DNA of 64,000 bases from assembly GCA_965248575.1 (NCBI GenBank), contig CBDFJQ010000002.1, positions 2,583,574-2,647,573 on the forward strand, given 5' to 3'. This document shows positions 54,765 through 64,000 of this stretch, in pieces. How positions within the stretch are numbered: position 1 is the stretch's first letter; each line of letters starts with the position of its first letter. Position numbers and translations under genes: made by a program. Under the pieces are notes generated by a model. That model saw only the letters and a program-made list of their open reading frames with translations. It did not search any database and had not been told where the DNA came from. Source of the DNA: Planctomycetota bacterium (lineage in GTDB: Bacteria; Planctomycetota; B15-G4).

Positions 54765-56486
54765 ATGAGTGGCGACCACATCCACCCGGTGCCGACGAGC
54801 TTCTGGAAGAGGCACGTCTTCTCCGTTGATCACAAGGTCATCGCGAAACAGTTCCTCTGGTTTGGACTGATCTGGCTGCTGATCGGCGGCCTGATGGCGA
54901 TGATGATCCGCTGGCAGCTCGCGAACCCTGGTTCGCCAGTGCCGGTCATCGGCGGCCTGTTGTTCCCGCGTACGGGCGGCGTCATCGACCCGTCCACGTA
55001 CAACATGCTGTTCACCATGCACGGCACGATCATGATCTTCCTCGGGCTGACGCCCGTGTTGATCGGTTGCTTCGGCAACTGGTGCATCCCGCTCATGATC
55101 GGCGCCCGGGACATGATCTTCCCGCTGCTGAACATGCTGTCCTTCTGGACGGTGGCCCTGGGCGGCCTGGTGGGTCTCTACTCGCTCTTCGTGCCGCTCG
55201 GCGCGACGGAGGCGGGCTGGACCGGTTACCCCACCTTGTCCACCACTGTCGGCACCCAAGGCTCAGGTGAAACCCTGTGGGCCGTGGCCGTCTTCTTGAT
55301 CGGCCTCAGCTCGATCATGGGTGGCATCAACTACATCACCACCATCATCCGGCTGCGCGCGCCGGGCATGAAGTGGATGGACATGCCGCTCACCGTCTGG
55401 GGCCTGTTCTTCACCGCCATCCTGAACGTGCTCTTCCTGCCGGTCATCGGCTCGGCCATGTTGCTGCTGATCATGGACCGCGTCTTCGGCACGGCCTTCT
55501 ACGTGCCGGCCAGCATCATGAGCGGTGCGTCGGGCGGCGACCCGATCCTCTACCAGCACCTGTTCTGGATCTTCGGCCACCCCGAGGTCTACATCCTGAT
55601 CCTGCCCGCCTGGGGCATCGTGGGCGACCTGCTGTCCTTCTTCGCCCGCAAGCCCGCCTTCGGCTACCGGGTGACGGTCGGCGCCATGTTCGCCGTGACG
55701 ATCATGTCGGCGGTTGTCTACGGCCACCACATGTTCACCACGGGCATGTCCGCGATGCTCGGTGAGAGCTTCATGCTACTCACGATGATCATCTCAGTGC
55801 CGGGTGAGATCCTGTTCTTCAACTGGCTGCACACCATCTGGCGAGGCAGCCTGCGCATGACGCCGCCCATGTTGTTTGCGTTGGGCGTCATCTTCGTTTT
55901 TGGTCTGGGTGGCCTCACTGGCCTCTACCTGGCCACGATCAGCACGGACATCTTCCTGCACGACACCTACTTCGTCGTGGGTCACTTCCACCTGACCATG
56001 GCGGCCTCCTCGCTGTTCGGTGCGTTCGGTGCCATCTACTTCTTCTTCCCGAAGATGTTCGGCCGGCTGATGAACGACCGCCTGGGCAAGATTCACTTCT
56101 GGACCACCGTGATCCCCCTGACCGTGGTGTTCTGCACCATGTTCATCAGCGGTTACGGCGGCATGCCGCGGCGTTACTACGACCACACATCGGCCAGCTA
56201 CCTGCTGCCCTTGCAGCACCTGAACGTCATCACCACCACGGCCGCATTCCTGCTGGGTGCCGCGCAGCTGATCTTCGCGTGGAACTTCATCAGGAGCCGC
56301 TGGTGGGGCGAGAAGGCGCCGGCCAACCCGTGGGAAGTGGGCACGCTGGACTGGTCCATACCCACGCCCGTGCCGCACTACAACTTCAAGGAGATCCCGG
56401 AGGTCCACACGGGCCCCCACGAGTTCAGCCACCCCAAGCTGGTGGACACGGACTGGATCTCCCAGACCGAGAAGTTGCCGACCTGA
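54765..56486 (+). CDS. coxA: Cytochrome c oxidase subunit I
   Basis: 573 aa. The canonical haem-copper oxidase subunit I sequence is present (WFGHPEVYILILPAWG..., HHMFTTG). Confidence 0.95.
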   Translation: MSGDHIHPVPTSFWKRHVFSVDHKVIAKQFLWFGLIWLLIGGLMAMMIRWQLANPGSPVPVIGGLLFPRTGGVIDPSTYNMLFTMHGTIMIFLGLTPVLIGCFGNWCIPLMIGARDMIFPLLNMLSFWTVALGGLVGLYSLFVPLGATEAGWTGYPTLSTTVGTQGSGETLWAVAVFLIGLSSIMGGINYITTIIRLRAPGMKWMDMPLTVWGLFFTAILNVLFLPVIGSAMLLLIMDRVFGTAFYVPASIMSGASGGDPILYQHLFWIFGHPEVYILILPAWGIVGDLLSFFARKPAFGYRVTVGAMFAVTIMSAVVYGHHMFTTGMSAMLGESFMLLTMIISVPGEILFFNWLHTIWRGSLRMTPPMLFALGVIFVFGLGGLTGLYLATISTDIFLHDTYFVVGHFHLTMAASSLFGAFGAIYFFFPKMFGRLMNDRLGKIHFWTTVIPLTVVFCTMFISGYGGMPRRYYDHTSASYLLPLQHLNVITTTAAFLLGAAQLIFAWNFIRSRWWGEKAPANPWEVGTLDWSIPTPVPHYNFKEIPEVHTGPHEFSHPKLVDTDWISQTEKLPT

Positions 56487-56491
56487 CCATC

Positions 56492-57079
56492 ATGACCACC
56501 CTGGCTGCGAACCCCGTTCGAGAAGACCCCCGGTCGCGCGTCAACGCGACGCTCGGGATGGTGTTCTTCATCGGCTCATGGTCCATGGCGTTCGGGACGC
56601 TCTTCCTCTCCTTCTTGATCCTGAGGGAGCGCGTCGGCACCTGGCCCCCGCCGGGCATCGTGCTGCCCAGCCTCCCCGTGGCCACAGCCGCGACCCTGGT
56701 GCTCCTGGCCAGCAGCGTCGCGGTGCACGCCGCGGTGCGGCGCGGGCGCAAGGGGGCGAGTGGTTTTGCTGGTCTGTGGGCCCTGGGCACGCTGCTCGGC
56801 CTCGGCTTCGCCGCCGCACAGTCCTGGCTCTGGTTCGACCTGCTGGCTGCAGGCAGCGGGCCCCAGTCGGGTGCCTACGAGTCCTTGTTCTTCGGCTTGA
56901 CCTGGGTACACGCCGCACACGTGGCGCTCGCCCTGATCTCGCTTTTGTGGATCCAGTTCGGGATCCAAACTGGTCGCTACGGCGCACACCGCATCTCCAC
57001 GGTTCAGAACACCGCGGTGTTCTGGCACTTCATGGATGTGGTCTGGGTCGGCATGTATCTGAGTTTCTTCGTCTTCTAG
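56492..57079 (+). CDS. Cytochrome c oxidase subunit III-like protein (short, N-terminal-type)
   Basis: The start was placed at MTTLAANP. It has 5 TM helices and COX3-family endings (FWHFMDVVWVGMYLSFFVF). The upstream in-frame extension in the ORF track overlaps the coxA 3' end. Confidence 0.75.
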   Translation: MTTLAANPVREDPRSRVNATLGMVFFIGSWSMAFGTLFLSFLILRERVGTWPPPGIVLPSLPVATAATLVLLASSVAVHAAVRRGRKGASGFAGLWALGTLLGLGFAAAQSWLWFDLLAAGSGPQSGAYESLFFGLTWVHAAHVALALISLLWIQFGIQTGRYGAHRISTVQNTAVFWHFMDVVWVGMYLSFFVF

Positions 57080-57092
57080 AGGTTTCTGCCCG

Positions 57093-57746
57093 ATGAGCAC
57101 GGCTCATAGCGCGACTGCCGATTCGGTGATGGCCGACGACGGTGCCACCGACGATCCGCACTTCGGAAACGCCACCGGCGGCAAGATCGCCATGTGGATG
57201 TTCATCGCCCAGGACGGCATGTCCTTCGGCGGTCTGCTCCTGGCCTACGGCCTGCTGCGGATCTTCTCGGCCGAGTGGCCCGTGCCCGCCGACATCCTCG
57301 GCATCGGGCTCACCGCCACGGCGACCTTCATCCTCATCTGCTCGTCGCTCTCGATGGTCTTCGCCGTCGAGGCCGCCAAGGAGTGCAACCAGGCCAGCCT
57401 GGTGCGCTGGTTGATGGTGACCATCCTGGGAGGCTTGAGCTTCCTCGGTATCCAGTACTACGAGTACAGCCACCTGCTGCACGAAGGCATCCGCTTCGCC
57501 ACGAGCAGCTGGCAGGGCCAGGACGTGAATGATCTGTTCGGCTCGACCTTCTACGCGGTGACCGGCTTCCACGGCATGCACGTCACGGCGGGCGTCATCT
57601 ACCTCTGCTGCGTCCTCAAGAACGCCATGGCCGGGAAGTACACCCAGGGCGGCATCAGCCACAGCGCCGTCGAGCTTGTGGGCTTGTTCTGGCACTTCGT
57701 GGATCTGGTCTGGATCCTCGTCTTCACCTTCATCTACTTGCTCTGA
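57093..57746 (+). CDS. coxC: Cytochrome c oxidase subunit III
   Basis: 217 aa. The COX3 motifs are FYAVTGFHGMHVTAGV and FWHFVDLVWILVF. Confidence 0.85.
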   Translation: MSTAHSATADSVMADDGATDDPHFGNATGGKIAMWMFIAQDGMSFGGLLLAYGLLRIFSAEWPVPADILGIGLTATATFILICSSLSMVFAVEAAKECNQASLVRWLMVTILGGLSFLGIQYYEYSHLLHEGIRFATSSWQGQDVNDLFGSTFYAVTGFHGMHVTAGVIYLCCVLKNAMAGKYTQGGISHSAVELVGLFWHFVDLVWILVFTFIYLL

Positions 57747-57760
57747 TCGGGCCGCGAACC

Positions 57761-58060
57761 ATGACCGCAAACAACGACAGCGCCCATGGCAGCAACAAGG
57801 GCCTCTACGTCACGATCTTCCTGATCCTGGGCTTCCTGACCGCCATCGAGGTCTTCATCCCCGACGTCTATGCGGGCAAGGATCGCCAGACGTCCAAGAT
57901 GTTGCTGCTCGTGATCCTGGCTGTCGGCAAGGCCATGCTCGTGGGCCTCTACTTCATGCACTTGAAGTGGGAGAAGCCGTGGCTCAAGTGGATCGCCCTG
58001 ATGCCGGTCTACATGGGTCTCTTCACCATCTTCCTGATGCTCGAGACGGTCTACCGCTGA
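57761..58060 (+). CDS. coxD: Cytochrome c oxidase subunit IV (prokaryotic caa3-type CoxD family)
   Basis: 99 aa with 3 TM helices. Its position directly after coxC and its composition are typical of the bacterial subunit IV family. Confidence 0.7.
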   Translation: MTANNDSAHGSNKGLYVTIFLILGFLTAIEVFIPDVYAGKDRQTSKMLLLVILAVGKAMLVGLYFMHLKWEKPWLKWIALMPVYMGLFTIFLMLETVYR

Positions 58061-58299
58061 TGCTCGCTGGCCTCGCACGTCGACTCCCCGCCGTGCGCAC
58101 GGCCGCGACCGCCCTGGGCGGCGTGGTGGCCTTCTCGGCCGACGCCTGGGCCTGCCCCTACTGCGCCCTGAGCCAGGGCACCGAGACCCTCGTCTTCATA
58201 GGCGCTTTCCTCGCCATCCCCTACATCGTGGTCACCGCCGTGATGTTCTGGATGAAGCGGGTGCTCGCCAGCGAACACGCCAACGAACTCGAAGGCTGA
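58060..58299 (+). CDS. Small membrane protein with periplasmic-side CPYC motif, hypothetical (oxidase-cluster accessory)
   Basis: 79 aa. Its ATG overlaps the coxD stop (TGATG). The sequence is ...AFSADAWACPYCALSQGTETLVFIGAFLAIPYIVVTAVMFW, a CxxC followed by one TM helix. Confidence 0.5.
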   Translation: MLAGLARRLPAVRTAATALGGVVAFSADAWACPYCALSQGTETLVFIGAFLAIPYIVVTAVMFWMKRVLASEHANELEG

Positions 58300-58309
58300 C
58301 GTCGACCCC

Positions 58310-58996
58310 GTGGGTGACGGTGACAGCCTCACGGGACGCGCACCCCCCGGCCCGGCCTTCCTTGCGAAGCCGTGGTTCTGGGCGCTGTTCGTGGGCACGC
58401 TTTTCTGCGTCCCCCTGATCAAGGGCTTGGGGGCCGAGCTGCCCAAGGCCCTGCCCGGCATGGAGCGCACCCCCTCCGAATTCGAGCTGGCCGACGAGAA
58501 CGGTGCGCTCGTCAGCCTCGCCGATCTGCAGGGCTATCTGGTGGTCGTCACCGAGCTGCCCCTCGCCAGCGGCAGTGGACGCGAGCACACCATGCGCACG
58601 CTGCGTTCGCTGCGGCGTCGGCTGCGGGGGCTGGGAAGCGCCGTGGTCTTCGTGTCGCTCTGCCATGGCGGCGCTGCGAACGACCTCACGGCCCTGCTCG
58701 ACAAGTGGACGGCCCGCAAACCCGTCAACGTCTTCCTGATCGATCCGAAGCGCCAGACCACCGCCGACCTGCGCCACGAAGCTGGTAGCGAGAGCGCCGA
58801 CTGGTTCCTGCTGGACAGGCACGGCCGCCTGCGGGGTGCCTACGGTGTCCCCCCGGTGAACCAGCCTCAAAACATGGATGCGCAAGTGGAGGCCCAGCGC
58901 CTCGTGGCCGTGGAAGACGAGATGGACCGCCTCGTGTGGCAGGCAGGCCAGCTGGCCAACTGGGCGGGCTCCGATACGGCGCCGGGCAGCCCGTGA
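58310..58996 (+). CDS. SCO1/SenC-like thioredoxin-fold protein lacking the CxxxC copper-binding motif
   Basis: The fold matches the SCO pattern (FELADENGALVSLADLQGYLVVVTEL; DWFLLDRHGRLRGAY). The position of CPDVCP is occupied by PLASGSG. It has an N-terminal TM anchor. The start codon is uncertain. Confidence 0.5.
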   Translation: MGDGDSLTGRAPPGPAFLAKPWFWALFVGTLFCVPLIKGLGAELPKALPGMERTPSEFELADENGALVSLADLQGYLVVVTELPLASGSGREHTMRTLRSLRRRLRGLGSAVVFVSLCHGGAANDLTALLDKWTARKPVNVFLIDPKRQTTADLRHEAGSESADWFLLDRHGRLRGAYGVPPVNQPQNMDAQVEAQRLVAVEDEMDRLVWQAGQLANWAGSDTAPGSP

Positions 58997-60480
58997 AGCT
59001 GCGCAGGGATGCTTGGCTCGTCGTCATCGCTGGCTCGCTGCTGACGCTCAGTGGCTGCAGCAGCCCCTCGTCCTCATCGGTGAGCAGCTCGCCAGCACCG
59101 CGCGTGATTGAAGAGGCCGACCCCGAGCTGGGCCGCTTGATCGTGTTCGTCCAGCCTGGCTCCGACCTGGCCCGCTCCTTCGAGCAGGACGACCTGCCGC
59201 AGATCGTCGCCCTCACCCAAGAACTGGGTATCACGGCGACGGTGGTCGACGCCACCTCCGCCGCGCCCACCGAGGTGAGCCTGACGCCCCAGCTGGTGTT
59301 CCAGAACCACCGAGGCCGCTCGGTCTTCGAAGGGCGTTACGCCAGCCTCGACCGCCTGCGCAACTTCCTGCGCACCGCGCGCCGAGCTCCGCTGGGCCCG
59401 GCCACACATGCCGCGAAGGACACGCTCGTCTGGCAGGCCGGTCGGGTCACGCTGACCGCGCCTATCAAGGTGGGCAAAGTCACCGGACATCCGCCCCGAG
59501 GCTACGAGCACGACGCCTTCCAACAGGAAGCCATCGCAGCCATCGACGACGCCCAAGAGTTGTTCCGGCGAGAGTCCGAAGTCCAGCTCAGCCGCGGGGA
59601 CCGGGCCTTCTACATGGACTTCTATCCGTACCTGGCCGAGGACGGAACGCTGTATGTGTCGACCGCGCTGTTCTCCCAGTTCCACTGCAAGCAGGCGGTG
59701 TACATCAGCCCGCCGGATGCGCCCCATGTCGGGCCGTGGTCCGAGCGCGCCAGCGTCTTTGCACGCGCTGCCCGCAGTCTCGAAGCGGAGCTGCGACGGC
59801 AACTGGCGAGCAGCGAGCATGGCGACGGCTTCGCTGCCCTCGGCGACGACACGCCGCTGGCGAGCTGGGCCGCCTTGGGCTTGGACTTGCCGGACGCACC
59901 GCCCGAAGCCCCCGCGTCGGCGGCCCGCGGGCCGCTGCCCCAGTCATGGGCGCTCGACACCTCGGACGCAAACAGCGACGCGACACCCAGCCTGCTCTTC
60001 CATCTCGCAGCGCCGCTCGACTCCTACCGCGGCGAGGTCAGCGACCTGCAGGGCCGCCTCGACAGCTCGACCCCCACCGCCGGCGGCGAGCTGGTGGCGC
60101 GCGGCGCGTCCGTCAGCATGGGCGACCCGGACCTCGACAAGTGGATCCACAGCGCAGCCGTCTTGGACGTGAAGCAGTTTCCCGAGGCACGCTTCAGCTT
60201 GGACACCATGACCCTCGACCAGGCGCTCGCTTGGGGGCGCCTCAGCCCCATGACGGGCCAGGGCCACTTCAGCATGCGCGGCCAGACAATCCCGATGCAG
60301 GTGCGCGCCGAGCTGGAACCACTCGTGGACGAGGCCGGGAAGACCGTCTTGGCGGTGAGCGGGAGTTTCGACCTCAGCCTGGGAGCGCCGTGGTCCGTCG
60401 ACGTCCCGGTGGGCGACGCCCCCGAGAACCGTCAGCTGGTCTTCGACTTCGAGTTCGAACTGAGCTCTGCGGACGGCTGA
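58993..60480 (+). CDS. Lipoprotein with C-terminal YceI-like domain
   Basis: It has a GTG start overlapping the previous stop. The lipobox is LLTLSGC|S. The C-terminal ~170 aa follow the YceI-like pattern (LVARGASVSMGDPDLDKWIHS...FPEARFSL...GQTIPMQVRAEL...FDFEFEL). Confidence 0.55.
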   Translation: MKLRRDAWLVVIAGSLLTLSGCSSPSSSSVSSSPAPRVIEEADPELGRLIVFVQPGSDLARSFEQDDLPQIVALTQELGITATVVDATSAAPTEVSLTPQLVFQNHRGRSVFEGRYASLDRLRNFLRTARRAPLGPATHAAKDTLVWQAGRVTLTAPIKVGKVTGHPPRGYEHDAFQQEAIAAIDDAQELFRRESEVQLSRGDRAFYMDFYPYLAEDGTLYVSTALFSQFHCKQAVYISPPDAPHVGPWSERASVFARAARSLEAELRRQLASSEHGDGFAALGDDTPLASWAALGLDLPDAPPEAPASAARGPLPQSWALDTSDANSDATPSLLFHLAAPLDSYRGEVSDLQGRLDSSTPTAGGELVARGASVSMGDPDLDKWIHSAAVLDVKQFPEARFSLDTMTLDQALAWGRLSPMTGQGHFSMRGQTIPMQVRAELEPLVDEAGKTVLAVSGSFDLSLGAPWSVDVPVGDAPENRQLVFDFEFELSSADG

Positions 60481-60554
60481 CGGCGGTCCGTGACCCACGG
60501 AGACCCACTCTCTGTGGTCTGCGGGCGAAGGAAACGAAACGCCGAACAGCGCCC

Positions 60555-61937
60555 CTAGCGCTGTTCGTTCCCGTTCAAGTGGACCTCACCGCTGCTGGGC
60601 TCCACCACGATGCCGTCGGCCGGGTAGTTGCGCAGGCTGTTGCCGTGGATCACGTGCTGGGCCCCTCCCAGAACGAGGATCGCGGGGTAGTCGTGACGCT
60701 CATCACCATCGTGCCGGAAGCGATTGGAGAGGATGCTGACCCCCTCCGTGACGGTGCGGTCGCCGGCCAGCAAGGAAACGAGGCTCACGTCCGCGAACTC
60801 GTTGTCTACCACCACGTGCCCGCTGCCGCCGTTGATGCGCAGGGCCGGCCCACCCGCGGTGGCATGGAACACATTGCCACTCAGCAGCGAGCCGCTCGCC
60901 ACGCTGGTGTGACGCCACGCCCCGGCCTGTATCGGTGCTTCGACGTCGACCATGGCCACCGTCTGGGCGCCCTCGAAGCTCCCGAAGGCGTTGCGCTTCA
61001 CGGACTGCTGCCGCTCGCCTGCGAGATGCAGGGCGCGCTCCGCCGCCAGCGAATGAAAGACGTTGTCCTCGATGGACAGCCAGTGCCCGGCCTCTCCGCC
61101 CGTGGCTTCGATGGCCGTGCGGACCGGGTCCCGCAGGTCGCCCAACTCCAGGAAGACGTTGCCGGAGATGCGCGCCAGGGCGACGTCCTCCAGGCGCATG
61201 CCGTAGGCCAGGAAGCCCCGCTCCTGTCGTTCGCCGATGGCCTGCCCCATCACCGTGTTCTGGGTGATGTGCAACTGCTCGAGGCCGTCGGCACGCAGCA
61301 CGGTCCAACCGCGATGGGGATGGAATTCGTTCTCGTGGATCCAGGCGCTGGTGTGCTTCAGCAGCGTGTGCGAACCCAGCTCGACGAAGGTCGGCAGCGC
61401 GCCCTGGGCATCCCGCCCCCGGAAGGTGCAGCCCTGCAATTGGAAACCCTGGGAACGGACGCGCACCAGCGAGTGCCCGGTGACGGGCAGATGGTCCACC
61501 AGCTCGAGTCCTTCGAGCACCACGCTCTCGCCCGTGACGTCGAACAGGCCGACGCCCCACAGGGCGCTGGAGAGCAGCGTCGCACCCTCCCCATGGATGC
61601 GCACATCGTCCGCGGTGATGGAGACCGGTTGGCGGAAGCTGTAGGTGCCTGGGGCCACGACGATCTCGCCGCCCTCCGGCAGCGAGGCCAGGGCGGCCAG
61701 GAACGGCCGCTCGTCGTCGCCCGTGAACAAGTGTTCGGGGATCTCAGCGGGAGCCAGGGGGACGGCGCGACCGGACCAGCCGATGTGGACCACGCTCCCG
61801 GCCGCGAGGGTCTGCACGGGGACTTCGGGTGCGCTGGCTGGCGTCCAGCGCCTTGCCAGCTCCGGGGCCGGGAGCAGGATGGCTGCCATGAGACCCAGGA
61901 CGGCGGGCACTCCCAACATGCTTGTCTGCAGCCTCAT
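60555..61937 (-). CDS. Secreted right-handed parallel beta-helix repeat protein (pectate-lyase-fold / NosD-like)
   Basis: The start was placed at MRLQTSMLGVPAVLGLMAAILLPA. There are multiple PbH1-type repeats (GNVFHATAGGPALRINGGSGHVVVDNEF; GNVFLELG...; ISGNVF...). The antisense 779-aa ORF was rejected. Confidence 0.65.
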   Translation of the reverse strand: MRLQTSMLGVPAVLGLMAAILLPAPELARRWTPASAPEVPVQTLAAGSVVHIGWSGRAVPLAPAEIPEHLFTGDDERPFLAALASLPEGGEIVVAPGTYSFRQPVSITADDVRIHGEGATLLSSALWGVGLFDVTGESVVLEGLELVDHLPVTGHSLVRVRSQGFQLQGCTFRGRDAQGALPTFVELGSHTLLKHTSAWIHENEFHPHRGWTVLRADGLEQLHITQNTVMGQAIGERQERGFLAYGMRLEDVALARISGNVFLELGDLRDPVRTAIEATGGEAGHWLSIEDNVFHSLAAERALHLAGERQQSVKRNAFGSFEGAQTVAMVDVEAPIQAGAWRHTSVASGSLLSGNVFHATAGGPALRINGGSGHVVVDNEFADVSLVSLLAGDRTVTEGVSILSNRFRHDGDERHDYPAILVLGGAQHVIHGNSLRNYPADGIVVEPSSGEVHLNGNEQR

Positions 61938-62051
61938 GCACACCTCGACGGACGGATCGATTCCAACGAGGGGAAGACTACCCCCGATTTGGCGTCTGTC
62001 AGGCGGCCTGCCCGCGATGGGACGGGGCAAGCGCGAAGGCCTCTCAGGCCC

Positions 62052-64000
62052 TCACTCGTAGCGCATGACCTCTGAGAGCCGCAGCCGGTTTGCCCGGAAG
62101 GCGGGCAACAGCACGGCCAGCAGGGCGATCAGGACGGCGCCCCCCAGCACGGCGCCCAACGAGCGCGGCGAGAGGTGGAAGACCAGGTCAAGGTGACTCA
62201 CGGCAGTGAGGGCGCGCGCCGTGAGGATCGCCAGGGGCACACCCAGGACCAGGCCGAGCACGCCGCCCAGCGCCCCCAAGGCACCCGACTCCAGGAGCAA
62301 CATGCCGGCCACCTGCTGCCCCGTGAGCCCCACGGCCCGCAGCAGGCCGATCTCTCGACGCCGCTCCATGACGGCGATGACCATGGCATTGAGGATGCCC
62401 ACGGCCGCGAGCAGAACCGTCAGCAGCAGGATGGCGTAGAAGATGGCGAAGTTGCGGTCGAGATCGGCGACGTAGGCGTCAGTGATCTCCTCACCGCGCC
62501 GGAACTCGAGCAGGTTGCCCTCACCCAGGATCCCCGCCGCCACGACCCGCAGCTCTTCGACACGTGCCTCGTCGAGCCCCGGCGACCAGGCCACGAAGTG
62601 ATCCCCCAGGCCGGCGCTGTCCACGCACCAGTAGTTGAGCATGTTCTCGGAGGAGACCACGCCGAACACCCGGTTGTCCGGCGCGAAGCCGTACTCGTCC
62701 GTCACCGCGAGGATCTCGAACTCCACCAGCCCGCTGGAGGCCGTGGCCAGACGCACGAAGTCCCGGGCCTGCTTGCCCAGGTCGTCCGCGCAACGGGTGC
62801 TCAGGATGATCGTCCGTTCTTCCTGGAAGGCCGCCCGCTCCCGGTGCTGGCGCGCCATGGAACCCACGCTGAGCTGGCGCGATTCGAGACCTCGGATCAG
62901 GAACGAGCTGGTCACCTGCGCGTTGAGCGCCAGCAACGTCTGGAACTCCGGCTCGGCGTCCCGCAGCTCCGGCAGCTTCCGCGCACCCGCCGGGCTCGTC
63001 TTGATGAACAGCCGGTCAGCTAGTGCCCGCGCACCGAAGTCACGTGTCTCCGACTTCAGGCTCTCCAGCACGGAGGCGATCAAGAAGACCGCGGTGAACA
63101 CCAACATCAGGCCCGACACGGTGCCGAAGACGCGGTGCCTGGAGGCCGAGAGGGTGGCCCGGGTCAAACGTGCCGCAACTCCCCGGAAGGGCAAGGTGAA
63201 GAAGGTGGCCAGGGCCGAGAGCAAGCCGGGCGCGAGCAGCAGCAGCGCGAAGGTGCCACCCACCAGGCCGAAGGCCATGAGCAGCGCTTCGTAGAGCGGC
63301 GTGGGCACGTACTCACCCGCGGGTGCACCCACGATCCAGGCCACGGGCACCAGGGCCAGCAGGCCGGCGAGCACCGAACGTCGCACGCCGGTGAAGGGGT
63401 CCCGGGAGAGTTCGATGACACCGCGCCGCAAGGCGTCGATGACCGAGAGACGGGAGGCGCGCAGGAACGGGTAGAGCACGCCAGCCAAGCAGAAGACCAC
63501 GCCCGCGGTGAGTACGGCCAGCACGGGAATGATGGGCCACTCGCTGATCACCAAAGGCTTGCCGAAGCCCAGCGTGGTGATCTGCATGTCCACCATGAAG
63601 TCGATGATGACGCGCGCCAGCAGGAGTGCGAGCGCCGCCCCCATGAGGGCCAGCACCAGACCTTCCAGGATGAACACAGCGCCGAGCCGGGTACGTGTCA
63701 GGCCCAGGGCCCGCAGCAGGCCGATGGACCGCACCCGTTCCACGAGCGACATCGACATGGTGTTGAAGATGATGTACAGCCCGAGGAAGAGCGCCAGGAA
63801 TCCGCAAAAGCGCACCCCGCTGCGGAAGGCCTTTTCCTCGGGGGCGAGCCCCGCCAACGACTGTTTCGGGGCTGTGACCACGAAGCGATTGCTGAGGGAG
63901 CGCTGGATGGTTGGCAGGTCGGTGGACCCAGAGTCGAAGTCCGCCCAGAAGCGGACATTGGCCCGGTTGCCCAGGGCCTCAAACCCACGCTCGAAAGTCG
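62052..64000 (-). CDS. ABC transporter permease, MacB/FtsX-like with two FtsX domains (5' end beyond window)
   Basis: The reading frame stays open upstream of the annotated GTG through nt 64000. I translated it by hand, ...TFERGFEALGNRANVRFWADFDSGSTDLPTIQRSLSNRFVVTAPK..., and found no stop. Two FtsX 4-TM modules are present (LLRALGLTRTRL; LLRAVGLTGQQV). Confidence 0.75.
   Translation of the reverse strand, partial: TFERGFEALGNRANVRFWADFDSGSTDLPTIQRSLSNRFVVTAPKQSLAGLAPEEKAFRSGVRFCGFLALFLGLYIIFNTMSMSLVERVRSIGLLRALGLTRTRLGAVFILEGLVLALMGAALALLLARVIIDFMVDMQITTLGFGKPLVISEWPIIPVLAVLTAGVVFCLAGVLYPFLRASRLSVIDALRRGVIELSRDPFTGVRRSVLAGLLALVPVAWIVGAPAGEYVPTPLYEALLMAFGLVGGTFALLLLAPGLLSALATFFTLPFRGVAARLTRATLSASRHRVFGTVSGLMLVFTAVFLIASVLESLKSETRDFGARALADRLFIKTSPAGARKLPELRDAEPEFQTLLALNAQVTSSFLIRGLESRQLSVGSMARQHRERAAFQEERTIILSTRCADDLGKQARDFVRLATASSGLVEFEILAVTDEYGFAPDNRVFGVVSSENMLNYWCVDSAGLGDHFVAWSPGLDEARVEELRVVAAGILGEGNLLEFRRGEEITDAYVADLDRNFAIFYAILLLTVLLAAVGILNAMVIAVMERRREIGLLRAVGLTGQQVAGMLLLESGALGALGGVLGLVLGVPLAILTARALTAVSHLDLVFHLSPRSLGAVLGGAVLIALLAVLLPAFRANRLRLSEVMRYE

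Noticed and set aside
52568-54781. 737-aa ORF on the minus strand
   Set aside because: It overlaps the diheme cytochrome c and coxB genes, both with canonical motifs on the plus strand, so it is a GC-rich antisense artefact.
59736-62075. 779-aa ORF on the plus strand
   Set aside because: It spans the YceI-like lipoprotein 3' end, the intergenic gap and the whole beta-helix gene on the opposite strand. It has no start context or motifs, so it is a GC-driven open frame.
1-64000. Search for CRISPR arrays, integrases, transposases and toxin-antitoxin or restriction-type defence genes
   Set aside because: No short direct-repeat arrays, no DDE/tyrosine/serine recombinase signatures and no obvious defence ATPases or nucleases were recognised. 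RmuC and the secreted ExeM/NucH nuclease are housekeeping-type.

Overview
This 64 kb window is high-GC bacterial chromosome, densely coding (about 50 genes), with no rRNA, tRNA, CRISPR array or classical IS visible. The gene content suggests a myxobacterium-like deltaproteobacterium; that is an inference from the many lipoproteins, the ECF sigma/anti-sigma pair, the HTTM and FG-GAP proteins, ExeM/NucH nuclease and the sulfatase-like paralogs. In this GC-rich DNA, very long antisense ORFs in the six-frame track (up to 779 aa) are artefacts; I judged each case by which strand carries the recognisable motifs.

Core metabolism and housekeeping genes:
- sdhA 3' end and sdhB
- gpmA and an MscS channel
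- a glcDEF glycolate oxidase operon
- thyA-folA
- a caa3-type cytochrome c oxidase cluster: diheme cytochrome c, coxB, coxA, subunit III split into two genes, subunit IV, a small CPYC protein, a cysteine-less SCO-like protein and a YceI lipoprotein
- rmuC, yjbQ, an MFS transporter, an M3 oligopeptidase and a MacB/FtsX-type permease that runs off the 3' end of the window

Observations most worth follow-up:
1. A 344-bp nested inverted-repeat complex (7825-8168) between a lipoprotein gene and a nitroreductase gene. A 55-bp core occurs twice in opposite orientation, each copy inside its own perfect 23-24 bp palindrome.
2. A translationally coupled pair: a secreted poly-Asp/Cys-rich protein followed by an HTTM (vitamin-K-dependent gamma-carboxylase-like) membrane protein.
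3. Three paralogous sulfatase-fold proteins with Thr in place of the formylglycine Cys. One overlaps the glcF stop; another sits next to a B12-radical-SAM gene and an ArnT/GT39-like glycosyltransferase.
4. An ECF sigma / zf-HC2 anti-sigma / TlpA-like redoxin module with overlapping stop/start codons.
5. A single-chain cyclophilin-FKBP dual-family peptidyl-prolyl isomerase.
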